Below, piece after piece: positions 47,712 through 55,925 of a stretch of DNA of 64,000 nucleotides (its first letter is position 1; each line of letters begins with the position of its first letter). The DNA is from a virus. The notes beneath the pieces were generated by a model, which saw only the letters and a program-made list of their open reading frames with translations, was not told where the DNA came from and did no database searches. Made by a program: the position numbers and the translations under genes. The stretch lies in IMG/VR virus record IMGVR_UViG_3300046314_000658; one strand, written 5' to 3'.

Positions 47712-48594
47712 TTTTTGGGTTTCCTTTTTTCCAATTAATTATCCGTCCGGGTTTCCACCCTTCAGGGATTTGCTCATCTTTTGTTATACATTTTGATACG
47801 CTACCGTCTGTGATCCACCGTTTACTATGCTTTTGAGTCATACCCAACCTAAATCCATCGGGAGGAGTCTCTCCGGGTTGTAGTTTAAGATTGACAATTC
47901 CGTCTGTATAGCACACGACTCCGCGTATATTTTTATTGTTAGCGATTTTCTGTTTTGATTCCTCGGAGTGAGCAACGAATCGAGGTATATCTGAACCTAC
48001 ACCTCGTTCCCATCCTGGCGGAATTGGTCGAATAGCGTTGTGTGTCACAGTTATCCGACCATCGGTAATACGAATATATTTTCCACGCCTGGTTCTACCT
48101 GCTTGTTTGATATTTTCTAACACATTTCCTACGTGGACCCGTCCGACATTGTTCGGAATATGTCCCTTTGCGGCTCTGATTTTTGCTGCAGTCGATATAT
48201 TTTGTTTGTGCTCATCGGTGAAATTTAAAGAACCGTTTAATCGCTTGGTTGCCACTGATTTCAGGGCAATTGCACTTCTTTCCCCTCTGGAGTACTTTGC
48301 AGTGGTAAACCCGCCAGTTCCCCCCAGTGCAATATTGAACGTATTTTCATCGAGGATAAAGTTAATATCGACCAGTTCTTGTTCCTTTGCATATGCTTCT
48401 TCTGCAGTAAGAAATATAAACAACGTCTCTCGTTTAAACATATGCTCGCTGTATTTCTCGATTGCTCGGTTCAATAACAATCCCGACCCCAAATACCCAT
48501 CGAATTCAAAAGGGGGGAGGCGTTGGCTATGTACTCCGATGTAAACTTTACCTGTCGGAATACATGTAGTTTGATATACAATATGATAATTCAT
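47704..48594 (-). CDS. GIY-YIG (Seg-like) homing endonuclease between the nrdB halves
   Basis: HIVYQTT..GKVYIG.H..DGYLGSG; several (W/R)ITDG..P.GW repeats; TATAAATA at 48620-48627. Confidence 0.9.
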   Translation of the reverse strand: MNYHIVYQTTCIPTGKVYIGVHSQRLPPFEFDGYLGSGLLLNRAIEKYSEHMFKRETLFIFLTAEEAYAKEQELVDINFILDENTFNIALGGTGGFTTAKYSRGERSAIALKSVATKRLNGSLNFTDEHKQNISTAAKIRAAKGHIPNNVGRVHVGNVLENIKQAGRTRRGKYIRITDGRITVTHNAIRPIPPGWERGVGSDIPRFVAHSEESKQKIANNKNIRGVVCYTDGIVNLKLQPGETPPDGFRLGMTQKHSKRWITDGSVSKCITKDEQIPEGWKPGRIINWKKGNPKNE

Positions 48595-48640
48595 ATAGTT
48601 AGTTGGATTGTTACAAACCTATTTATACTAATCCAAGTAA

Positions 48641-49735
48641 CTATCGTAATGAAAGTCGTGTCGCTTCATATAGCTGTAGAAATTCCTCAGCCCAATTGCT
48701 ATCGATTGCATCAAAAAGCGGGACTATCCAAGATAGATCCGCTTCTCCTCGAGCAGACAATTCGCATAATTCTTTTTGCTTTTCTGTTAGGTGCTTTAGT
48801 GGGCCTTGTTTTTTACCAGATAGTATCAGACCGAAATCAATATCATTGGAATGAACATCTTTTGCTAATTTTTCAACAGGTTCTCCGTGCTGTTGACCAA
48901 TCATCCGATGATTAGGAGATGTTACCTGAGAAATTGCTGGACCGTCAAATTGAATTAAATTATCTACTTGTTTGTGTACCAACCCAGTTGGGGAAGCAAA
49001 TTGAGTACGTTGCGTTATCGGATCATATGTTAGCACAGAATCAATCAGCTGCACTGCTTCGATTGGTTTCCAACCAGCTGCAGTTAAAACTTCTGTCCCT
49101 GGTACCAGGCATTCCTCATCGATAATGCTCCAAGAAATAATTTGACCAAGTGACTTCATCAAGCCGTTGCGAGGTAAGTTTAACAACATCACAAATGAGC
49201 TGAACAACTGCAAACCTTCAGTGAATAAGCTGAATACTGCAATCTTTTTAGCGATAGCGCGCGGTGTTGGTACAGTATCTGATTTAAAATCGTCAAAGTC
49301 GAAGATGTAGTTGTGTTTATCAACCATCTCTTTGTACTGCATAAATTCATTATACGTCGTCTCAGGTAGACCAATTGTCTCAATCAAATGAGAGTAAGCA
49401 GCGACGTGCAGTGATTCGCGGGCTGCAAACGATGTAAGCATCATTCGCACTTCAGGTGTCTTGAAAACTGGAAGGTAATGATCAACATACCCTTCACTAA
49501 CATCCAAGTCACCTTGCGTGAAAAACCGAAGAATGTGAGTCAGGAAGTTTTTTTCTTCCTTTGTCAACTTTTTCTTCCAATCTTTGACATCCTCTTGCAT
49601 AGGTAATTCAAGGTGGAGCCAATGAGACTGCTCACTCAGCAACCAGGATTCGTAACACCATGGATAATCGAATGGCCGAAATGTTTTACGAGTTGAGTGT
49701 AGTAATGATTTCTTTTTTGTTGTTTGCGCGTTCAT
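48641..49735 (-). CDS. nrdB: NrdB N-extein plus split intein IntN (156 aa)
   Basis: FFTQGD, RESLHVAAY, TEGLQLFSSF, WSIIDEE|CLVPGTEVLT..GWK; SPNH block B. Confidence 0.9.
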   Translation of the reverse strand: MNAQTTKKKSLLHSTRKTFRPFDYPWCYESWLLSEQSHWLHLELPMQEDVKDWKKKLTKEEKNFLTHILRFFTQGDLDVSEGYVDHYLPVFKTPEVRMMLTSFAARESLHVAAYSHLIETIGLPETTYNEFMQYKEMVDKHNYIFDFDDFKSDTVPTPRAIAKKIAVFSLFTEGLQLFSSFVMLLNLPRNGLMKSLGQIISWSIIDEECLVPGTEVLTAAGWKPIEAVQLIDSVLTYDPITQRTQFASPTGLVHKQVDNLIQFDGPAISQVTSPNHRMIGQQHGEPVEKLAKDVHSNDIDFGLILSGKKQGPLKHLTEKQKELCELSARGEADLSWIVPLFDAIDSNWAEEFLQLYEATRLSLR

Positions 49736-49739
49736 TGAG

Positions 49740-50384
49740 TTAGTCCTTTTTATATTTTGTCGTGCCAAGGTAAAAATCAATACCTGGCTGCTCGAGCGAG
49801 CGTTTGTTTATAGTGCCGTTGGTCCACCACTTTTTACCACGGACATTTGTATTTCCCATAGAGCCAAGTGCTTGCTGTTGGCGATATTCATCAGTTATGT
49901 TACGCAGCGTCCCATACGTATTACCTTGCATTTTTCTCGATCGAAGTTGCCTAACGTGAGGTAAATCATTTGCTGGAGATGTTTGGAAGTTGTGTCGCCC
50001 TTCGTCATACAACCGTCGGGCAGCCTTTGACAGTGCAGGCTTGCGTTTTTCACAAATCTGTTGAACATCAACTGCTGTCAACAGAATTCCCTTCGCTACA
50101 TTGCGATTGAGCAACATTTCTGTAAATTGAACAAAACCATACTTTCGAAGGAGACGCTTCAACAACCTCGCTTCATACTCCCGAGCGTCAACTCGACATT
50201 TGATTCGTATTATTTTGAAACTATCAACACCATCCTGCTCAATGAGTTGCTTCACTCGTTTAGATGATGTGAAATAACTCACCCAAAAATTTGCAGGCGA
50301 GCTACTAGCACCATACTGCGACCCAATGTAGTACGCTCCGGATGGAATATGTTTGATCTTGTAAAAATACGGTTCCAATGTCAA
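49740..50384 (-). CDS. GIY-YIG-like homing endonuclease between nrdA and nrdB
   Basis: PYFYKI.H..GAYYIGSQY..YFTSS..E..LN; WWTNG C-terminal motif. Confidence 0.8.
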   Translation of the reverse strand: MTLEPYFYKIKHIPSGAYYIGSQYGASSSPANFWVSYFTSSKRVKQLIEQDGVDSFKIIRIKCRVDAREYEARLLKRLLRKYGFVQFTEMLLNRNVAKGILLTAVDVQQICEKRKPALSKAARRLYDEGRHNFQTSPANDLPHVRQLRSRKMQGNTYGTLRNITDEYRQQQALGSMGNTNVRGKKWWTNGTINKRSLEQPGIDFYLGTTKYKKD

Positions 50385-51463
50385 CCTTCACAGCTCGAAC
50401 AACTATTATCAATCAGTGATATCATATTCATATCTTCAATCTTCTCCCGCTGTACCTTTGTTGACAACTTTGATGCCTTACCAAGTTTTTCACTGCGGCA
50501 GTAGTACAACCCCTTGAGGCCTTGCTTCCAAGCCATGAAGTGGACAGCATGTAGGTACTTCACATTAACGTCAGGCGCAAAGAATGTGTTAACTGATTGT
50601 CCTTGATCAATAAATTCCTGGCGTTTTGCAGCATGATCGATGATCCACATTTGGTCAATTTCAAGAGCTGTTTTGAATACATCCTTTGTATTCTGATCCA
50701 TCCACTTAATATGCTGAACTGAGCCTTCATTCGCAAGAATGTCGCGCCACACATCATCGTAATCATCACCAGTTTGCTCACAATGTGCCTTAATAATTTT
50801 ATCAAGATAGCGATTGCGGTTCGTGTATGCACCAGACAGAGTATCTTGACGATACACATTAGCTTTATACGGCTCAATAGATGGTGAACAGTTTCCCATT
50901 AAAATTGAAGAGCTAGCATTGGGCGCGCAGGCCATTACGTGTGTAAAACGACGTTGAGGCGCATTCAACCCATTCGCCTCAATATAATCAAGATTGCTAC
51001 CACGCTCGGCACCAAGTTCAGCATTAGCGATATCAAGCTGCGTACGAATGTGCTTAAAGATGCGGATATTTGCACCAGTTGCCATTGCGCTCTCGAATGG
51101 AATCATATGTTTTTGGAAGTATGAGTGCAATCCAAGTAAGCCAACACCAATTGAGCGTTCACGCATTGCAGAGAATCTCGCACGAGAGATCGTATCAGGT
51201 GCGTCATCAATGAACTTTTGCAGAACATTATCAAGCATTTCTGCGACGTCTTTTAGGAATAGCTTATCATTCTTCCATTCGTCAAAATACTCTGCATTAA
51301 CTGAACTCAAACAACACACAGCAGTACGGTTTTCATCAGTGACCAAGTGAATTTCATTACAGTTGTGAACAAGCACGTTGTTTGCAAAAAATGATTCCGT
51401 GTCAGGTACCGAGATATCATACACAACTGTTGTTGGTACTTGAATTTTTCTTATCTTTAACAT
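50381..51463 (-). CDS. nrdA: Split intein IntC (34 aa) plus NrdA C-extein
   Basis: VYDISV..SFFANNVLVHN|CNEI; APNASSS; IDQGQSVN; LYY; C-terminal CSSCEG. Confidence 0.93.
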   Translation of the reverse strand: MLKIRKIQVPTTVVYDISVPDTESFFANNVLVHNCNEIHLVTDENRTAVCCLSSVNAEYFDEWKNDKLFLKDVAEMLDNVLQKFIDDAPDTISRARFSAMRERSIGVGLLGLHSYFQKHMIPFESAMATGANIRIFKHIRTQLDIANAELGAERGSNLDYIEANGLNAPQRRFTHVMACAPNASSSILMGNCSPSIEPYKANVYRQDTLSGAYTNRNRYLDKIIKAHCEQTGDDYDDVWRDILANEGSVQHIKWMDQNTKDVFKTALEIDQMWIIDHAAKRQEFIDQGQSVNTFFAPDVNVKYLHAVHFMAWKQGLKGLYYCRSEKLGKASKLSTKVQREKIEDMNMISLIDNSCSSCEG

Positions 51464-51509
51464 TTTGGTTTTCCTAATTTAAGCGTTGAGATTGATGAAC
51501 TCTATAGTA

Positions 51510-52664
51510 TCAAATTTCCAATAATTCGTCAGTATCGGTTAAATGCTGAGCTTGAACAAAACCTCTGTTTCGAGTATAAATTTGGTGTTCAGGTGTACAC
51601 TTAATTACGTTGCCGGTTGGAGTTTCAATCTCATACAGCTCAGTAGCAGTTCCAGTTGCAGCTGCTGCTGTTACATCAGACCAGCCTTGCTGATCATTTA
51701 CAGAGGTTTTAACCTTGACTCCCGGTAGATAACCTAGTTGAAAATTATTAACAAATTCTTCAAGATTGCATTTTGATACTTTGCCATCCATCGTCATTAT
51801 TTCAATTTCTGTATCCCCAACCAAGCACAAGTTCGACCCTTTTACAGTCAGTCCGAGCTTCTTTTGATGTTCTGGAAGTGCGTTATTAACTGTATCGATG
51901 AAATTGAGGTACGGTTCACCTGTTTCCATGCGAAGAATCAATAACTTTTGCCACAGAGCCTTTGCAGATACTACTTCACGAACTTCTTTTGACGCTGGAT
52001 CAATCAATTCCCACGAATCATCAACAGTTGGATCAGCCATCGATTTCTCGATCAACTCCATAAACTTATCGCTAATATTAATAGCATTATGTAAGTTAAG
52101 GCAGCGCGTATTTTGATCACCAGTTGGTTTACGCATCTCCAAGAATTCGATTACATCTGGGTGACTAATATCCAAGTACATCGCATATGACCCACGTCGC
52201 GTATGTCCTTGTTTATACGCCATAGATGATGCGTCGTATGTTTTCATATGAGGCATGATGCCAACTGACTTATCATCAACAGCACGAATACCAACGTGAA
52301 CACCAACGCCACCACCCATCATCGAAAGCCAATTTACCTCAGATAGTGTATCTACCAAACCTGTAGATGAATCAGGCAAAAAGCTAAGGAAGCAGCTTAC
52401 ACCAAGTCCACGCTTGTTTCGACCATATGCTAATATAGGGGTTGAGTAGCTCAACCAATGCTTGCTGGAGTAGTCATACAAACGTTGAGCATGTGTTGGA
52501 TTAGATGCGAATGCGTTACTAACGTACGCAAACCGTTCCTGGGGTGAAACTTCATGTTCCATCATATACGAATCTTTAAGTCGCTCGAGGCCGAGACTAT
52601 CAAACAAACTATCCCTCGAATAGTCAACTGTAATGCCGTGTAGTGTGGTTGGGAGATCTATCAC
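51510..52664 (-). CDS. nrdA: NrdA N-extein plus split intein IntN (105 aa)
   Basis: STP, SCF, GGGVG, RRGS, TGEPY, GSNL|CLVGDT; CTPEH block B; no ATP cone. Confidence 0.93.
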   Translation of the reverse strand: MIDLPTTLHGITVDYSRDSLFDSLGLERLKDSYMMEHEVSPQERFAYVSNAFASNPTHAQRLYDYSSKHWLSYSTPILAYGRNKRGLGVSCFLSFLPDSSTGLVDTLSEVNWLSMMGGGVGVHVGIRAVDDKSVGIMPHMKTYDASSMAYKQGHTRRGSYAMYLDISHPDVIEFLEMRKPTGDQNTRCLNLHNAINISDKFMELIEKSMADPTVDDSWELIDPASKEVREVVSAKALWQKLLILRMETGEPYLNFIDTVNNALPEHQKKLGLTVKGSNLCLVGDTEIEIMTMDGKVSKCNLEEFVNNFQLGYLPGVKVKTSVNDQQGWSDVTAAAATGTATELYEIETPTGNVIKCTPEHQIYTRNRGFVQAQHLTDTDELLEI

Positions 52665-52864
52665 TTATTGTCCTTTTGAATAGTGTCGACAGAGCGTTAA
52701 GCTCAGTTTAAATGTCGAAAATGTCGGTTGTTTATTTAGTAGCTCAACTGTCGAAGATAGAGTAAAAAATCAATGTTTACAACAAAATATATTTCCGCTA
52801 AATTCAGATGGTAGTCGAACAATATCGACTATATCTAATCAACAATTACTCAAAAAGGTGCTAT

Positions 52865-53200
52865 ATGGCAACAGAAGTACAAACTCAGCAAGCATCGTAC
52901 GATCCAGTTACTGCGATGACGAACAAACTCTCCGCAACATTTCGTGGTGTTACGAAACAAATTCCGTTTACACACCCAATGCTCAAGCGATTGCAAACAC
53001 ACTTTACGTATTTCATCGATGAAATTCAACGTGGGCCAGAATACGACCAGAATAAATTGGGGTTTTTCGTTTTGAAGTGGGTCCAAAAGGTTGGTGAAGC
53101 ACTACAATTGGACGCCGCAGATGCAGAGATTGATATTGAACTAGAACGTTTATTGAAAGCGACATATGTACACAATAATTTCTACATAAGTGCTGCGTAA
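52865..53200 (+). CDS. Hypothetical protein
   Basis: AAGGT SD; ends before a bidirectional terminator. Confidence 0.6.
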   Translation: MATEVQTQQASYDPVTAMTNKLSATFRGVTKQIPFTHPMLKRLQTHFTYFIDEIQRGPEYDQNKLGFFVLKWVQKVGEALQLDAADAEIDIELERLLKATYVHNNFYISAA

Positions 53201-53218
53201 ATTACTCAACCACTATCT

Positions 53219-53244
53219 AAAAAGCCACCTTGAGTGGCTTTTTT
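53219..53244. terminator. Bidirectional terminator between convergent genes
   Basis: AAAAAGCCAC-loop-GTGGCTTTTTT. Confidence 0.8.
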
Positions 53245-53254
53245 CACATTAATA

Positions 53255-54361
53255 CTATGTACTGAGGGTGCGTAATGTTCCAGCAGCGTAATTCAAATAA
53301 CTCGATTGTTCTGCGGTAAGTGTTGATTGTGCAGCCTGCGCAAGTGCTGCTGCTACATTGGTAGCACCTTGTTTCAGTTGTTCTGTTGTCTTACGCGTCG
53401 AATCAGATGCAGATGCACCCGCGTTTGCTACGGCTGTCGTTTGAGTATTTTGGTTACCAGGTCCACCACTTGTAGCAGATAAATCACGACGCAGATAGTA
53501 CGACGGGGCACCAGCATTTGAATTATTCGAGGTAACCAATTGAGATATTTCTGTGGTCATCTTTCCTGTATCTGATGTCAAGTAGTCGTACCCGAAACTT
53601 AGTTTAAGCATGGTAACATCTTCACCAGCTGTCATATCCAAATCATCCAAATCCATAGACAACAACCTCGGATTCATAAATGTGAACGTGTTCACAGCCT
53701 CACCATACAAGTGTACGTGGTGAATCTTAATTGATTTAAAAATAGAGACTGCACTGCCAACAGCAACTTGAGATCTTGCTAGTTTTTCTCCAGGATATCC
53801 AGACGATTGTGCGTACACATTAGGTCGGTATTCACTGGTACCATTCTCTTGAACTGATATGCCTCTTGAAGTGGTATTAATATTAGTGATAGTGCCCTGT
53901 CCCGTTCTAAAATCATATTGACGCTGATCGACGGTAGCACTATTACTAATATTTGTGATCGGACTCATCAATCTTAGTACGTTTGTAAAAAATTGCATTG
54001 CACTATTATCATTGTCGTCAATGAATGATAAATTGATTGGCTCGAAGCTAGTTTTCGTTAAAACTCCCTTGCGGATGCCGTACTCATTAAACTCTTGGTG
54101 CTCAAATTTTAGTTTTGGTCGTGATGCTGTTTGGGTTAATAAAGCAAATCGTGCCATGTCAGCAATTCCGACGTAAAACGGGTGAATATCAATCTCAGTA
54201 ATGAATAAGAACTTGTGTTTAGGACTATTCTCCCAACGCGCGAGATCTTTTGCATATGCAGAGACGTCACGAACCATTGGCCCTGAAAAATTACCTGGAG
54301 CATGTGTTGATATATCCCGCTGTGTAACAGGAGGTGGTTGGTAGTTGCGTGGATCAGACAT
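53255..54361 (-). CDS. Tail tube-like / tube initiator protein
   Basis: PKHKFLF, SRPKLKF, FEPINLSFIDD, NP.L.S.DLDDLD, LSFGYD. Confidence 0.65.
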   Translation of the reverse strand: MSDPRNYQPPPVTQRDISTHAPGNFSGPMVRDVSAYAKDLARWENSPKHKFLFITEIDIHPFYVGIADMARFALLTQTASRPKLKFEHQEFNEYGIRKGVLTKTSFEPINLSFIDDNDNSAMQFFTNVLRLMSPITNISNSATVDQRQYDFRTGQGTITNINTTSRGISVQENGTSEYRPNVYAQSSGYPGEKLARSQVAVGSAVSIFKSIKIHHVHLYGEAVNTFTFMNPRLLSMDLDDLDMTAGEDVTMLKLSFGYDYLTSDTGKMTTEISQLVTSNNSNAGAPSYYLRRDLSATSGGPGNQNTQTTAVANAGASASDSTRKTTEQLKQGATNVAAALAQAAQSTLTAEQSSYLNYAAGTLRTLST

Positions 54362-54369
54362 AATTCTAT

Positions 54370-55923
54370 TTATCGGCGCCAGTTGGGTCCGCGTGTTTTA
54401 TGCTCACGACCAACATCTGGATCGTTATATGGATATCTTGGTTCGTGAGTGTTATCAGACTTCGTACCAGTACGAGCCCACGGCTCGTGGAGTGGGTACC
54501 GATTGGTGAAGAATGCAGGATCTGGTGATGCAGAGGTTGCATCTGCTGCTGATGTAGCTGAGGCAGCACTTGGGCCATTCATATGAATTTGCGCACCAGT
54601 TTCAATGATGTTGCCGCCAGCTAGTGTGTTGTTTGCACCGCCTGATTGCTCGTTGAGATCTCCAGATGCTTTTGTCTCATGATTACCACCCGCTGTTTCC
54701 AGAATATTACCTGCTGCCTTTATTTCAATGTTACTAGCTGATTGTTGGTGTATATTGCCTCCCACGTTCGTATGGTGATCGCCAATGGTAGTTTCAAAAA
54801 TATGTCCCCCAGCTTTAGTGTCAATGTCGCTACCGGCTGTAGTTTGGATTTTAGTACCCGCCTGAATGCAAACATCTCGATCACTCTTGATGTGCACTCC
54901 TGTTTTACCATACAATCGAATCGTTTCTTCTGCAGTTAGATTGATATGTCTTGCAGTTGCAGATATCTTTTCACTGCTGTATATGTCAATACACCCATCT
55001 TCATCAATCTCAATCCAGTTATTACCTTTTGCCGTGTTGATGTAAATGCGTTCGTTTGTGTCATCCATTATAATTTGATGGCCTGCACTAGTACGGAGTT
55101 TAATTCGACAGTTCACCTTACGATCATCTAGAGATATTGAGTGAAATCCAGGTGTCGTCCACGAGTATGTTTGGTTATCATTCGCACCTTCATTGTCGCG
55201 ACTCTGTACCATACCCTGAACAATGTGAATCGTAGTTCCATCTTCTTGAGTGAAATCTACATTACTATCGTCTTCAACATAGCAGGGACTTGGTTGGTAA
55301 CTTGCATCACCGATAATTGCTGTATTTTGAAAATCTGCGCCACGGGTACGCCATTCAAAATTACCAAATCGAGTCTTGAAAGCAGATGTTTGATTATCAA
55401 ATAGAGGTTGAATCGGATTTTCAGTTGCTGTAACTGGACCATAAGGTGCACCACCTGGATGTGGAATTGTCCCGTCCTGATCTTGGTAGAAGTACCTACC
55501 GTGTGGAAGCGTATTAACAACATACTGTTCATACACAGTACCGATCCACACGCGTTGAGCGGGATTACCATTAATGCACATTACACCAACAATTGCACCA
55601 CGTTTGGGAATAGCCCACATACCATACGTGACGGGGCCATGTGAGTATGTATCATCAGGGCCACGAGATTGATCACTTTCAGTAATTCCACCAAATGGTG
55701 CCATGTATGTGCATGGTGGCAAGTTAGTAAAATCTGAGGGGTTTAAGTCAGGTGGATCACCAAGGTCGGGACACAACACAAATAGTCGCCCCATTTGTTG
55801 TGGATCATCAGTACTAACTACTCTACCGAGTGTTACACCATAAAACGAAGCACCACGAAGTCCTGCGGTTTCATTAAATGATCGAGCACGTTCACGAAGA
55901 ACATCATCATGTAGATTACTCAT
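54370..55923 (-). CDS. Baseplate central spike (gp5/VgrG-like)
   Basis: GRVVSTDDPQQMGRLFV OB fold; GHQIIMDD; beta-helix repeats; HEPW. Confidence 0.8.
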   Translation of the reverse strand: MSNLHDDVLRERARSFNETAGLRGASFYGVTLGRVVSTDDPQQMGRLFVLCPDLGDPPDLNPSDFTNLPPCTYMAPFGGITESDQSRGPDDTYSHGPVTYGMWAIPKRGAIVGVMCINGNPAQRVWIGTVYEQYVVNTLPHGRYFYQDQDGTIPHPGGAPYGPVTATENPIQPLFDNQTSAFKTRFGNFEWRTRGADFQNTAIIGDASYQPSPCYVEDDSNVDFTQEDGTTIHIVQGMVQSRDNEGANDNQTYSWTTPGFHSISLDDRKVNCRIKLRTSAGHQIIMDDTNERIYINTAKGNNWIEIDEDGCIDIYSSEKISATARHINLTAEETIRLYGKTGVHIKSDRDVCIQAGTKIQTTAGSDIDTKAGGHIFETTIGDHHTNVGGNIHQQSASNIEIKAAGNILETAGGNHETKASGDLNEQSGGANNTLAGGNIIETGAQIHMNGPSAASATSAADATSASPDPAFFTNRYPLHEPWARTGTKSDNTHEPRYPYNDPDVGREHKTRGPNWRR

Positions 55924-55925
55924 GG

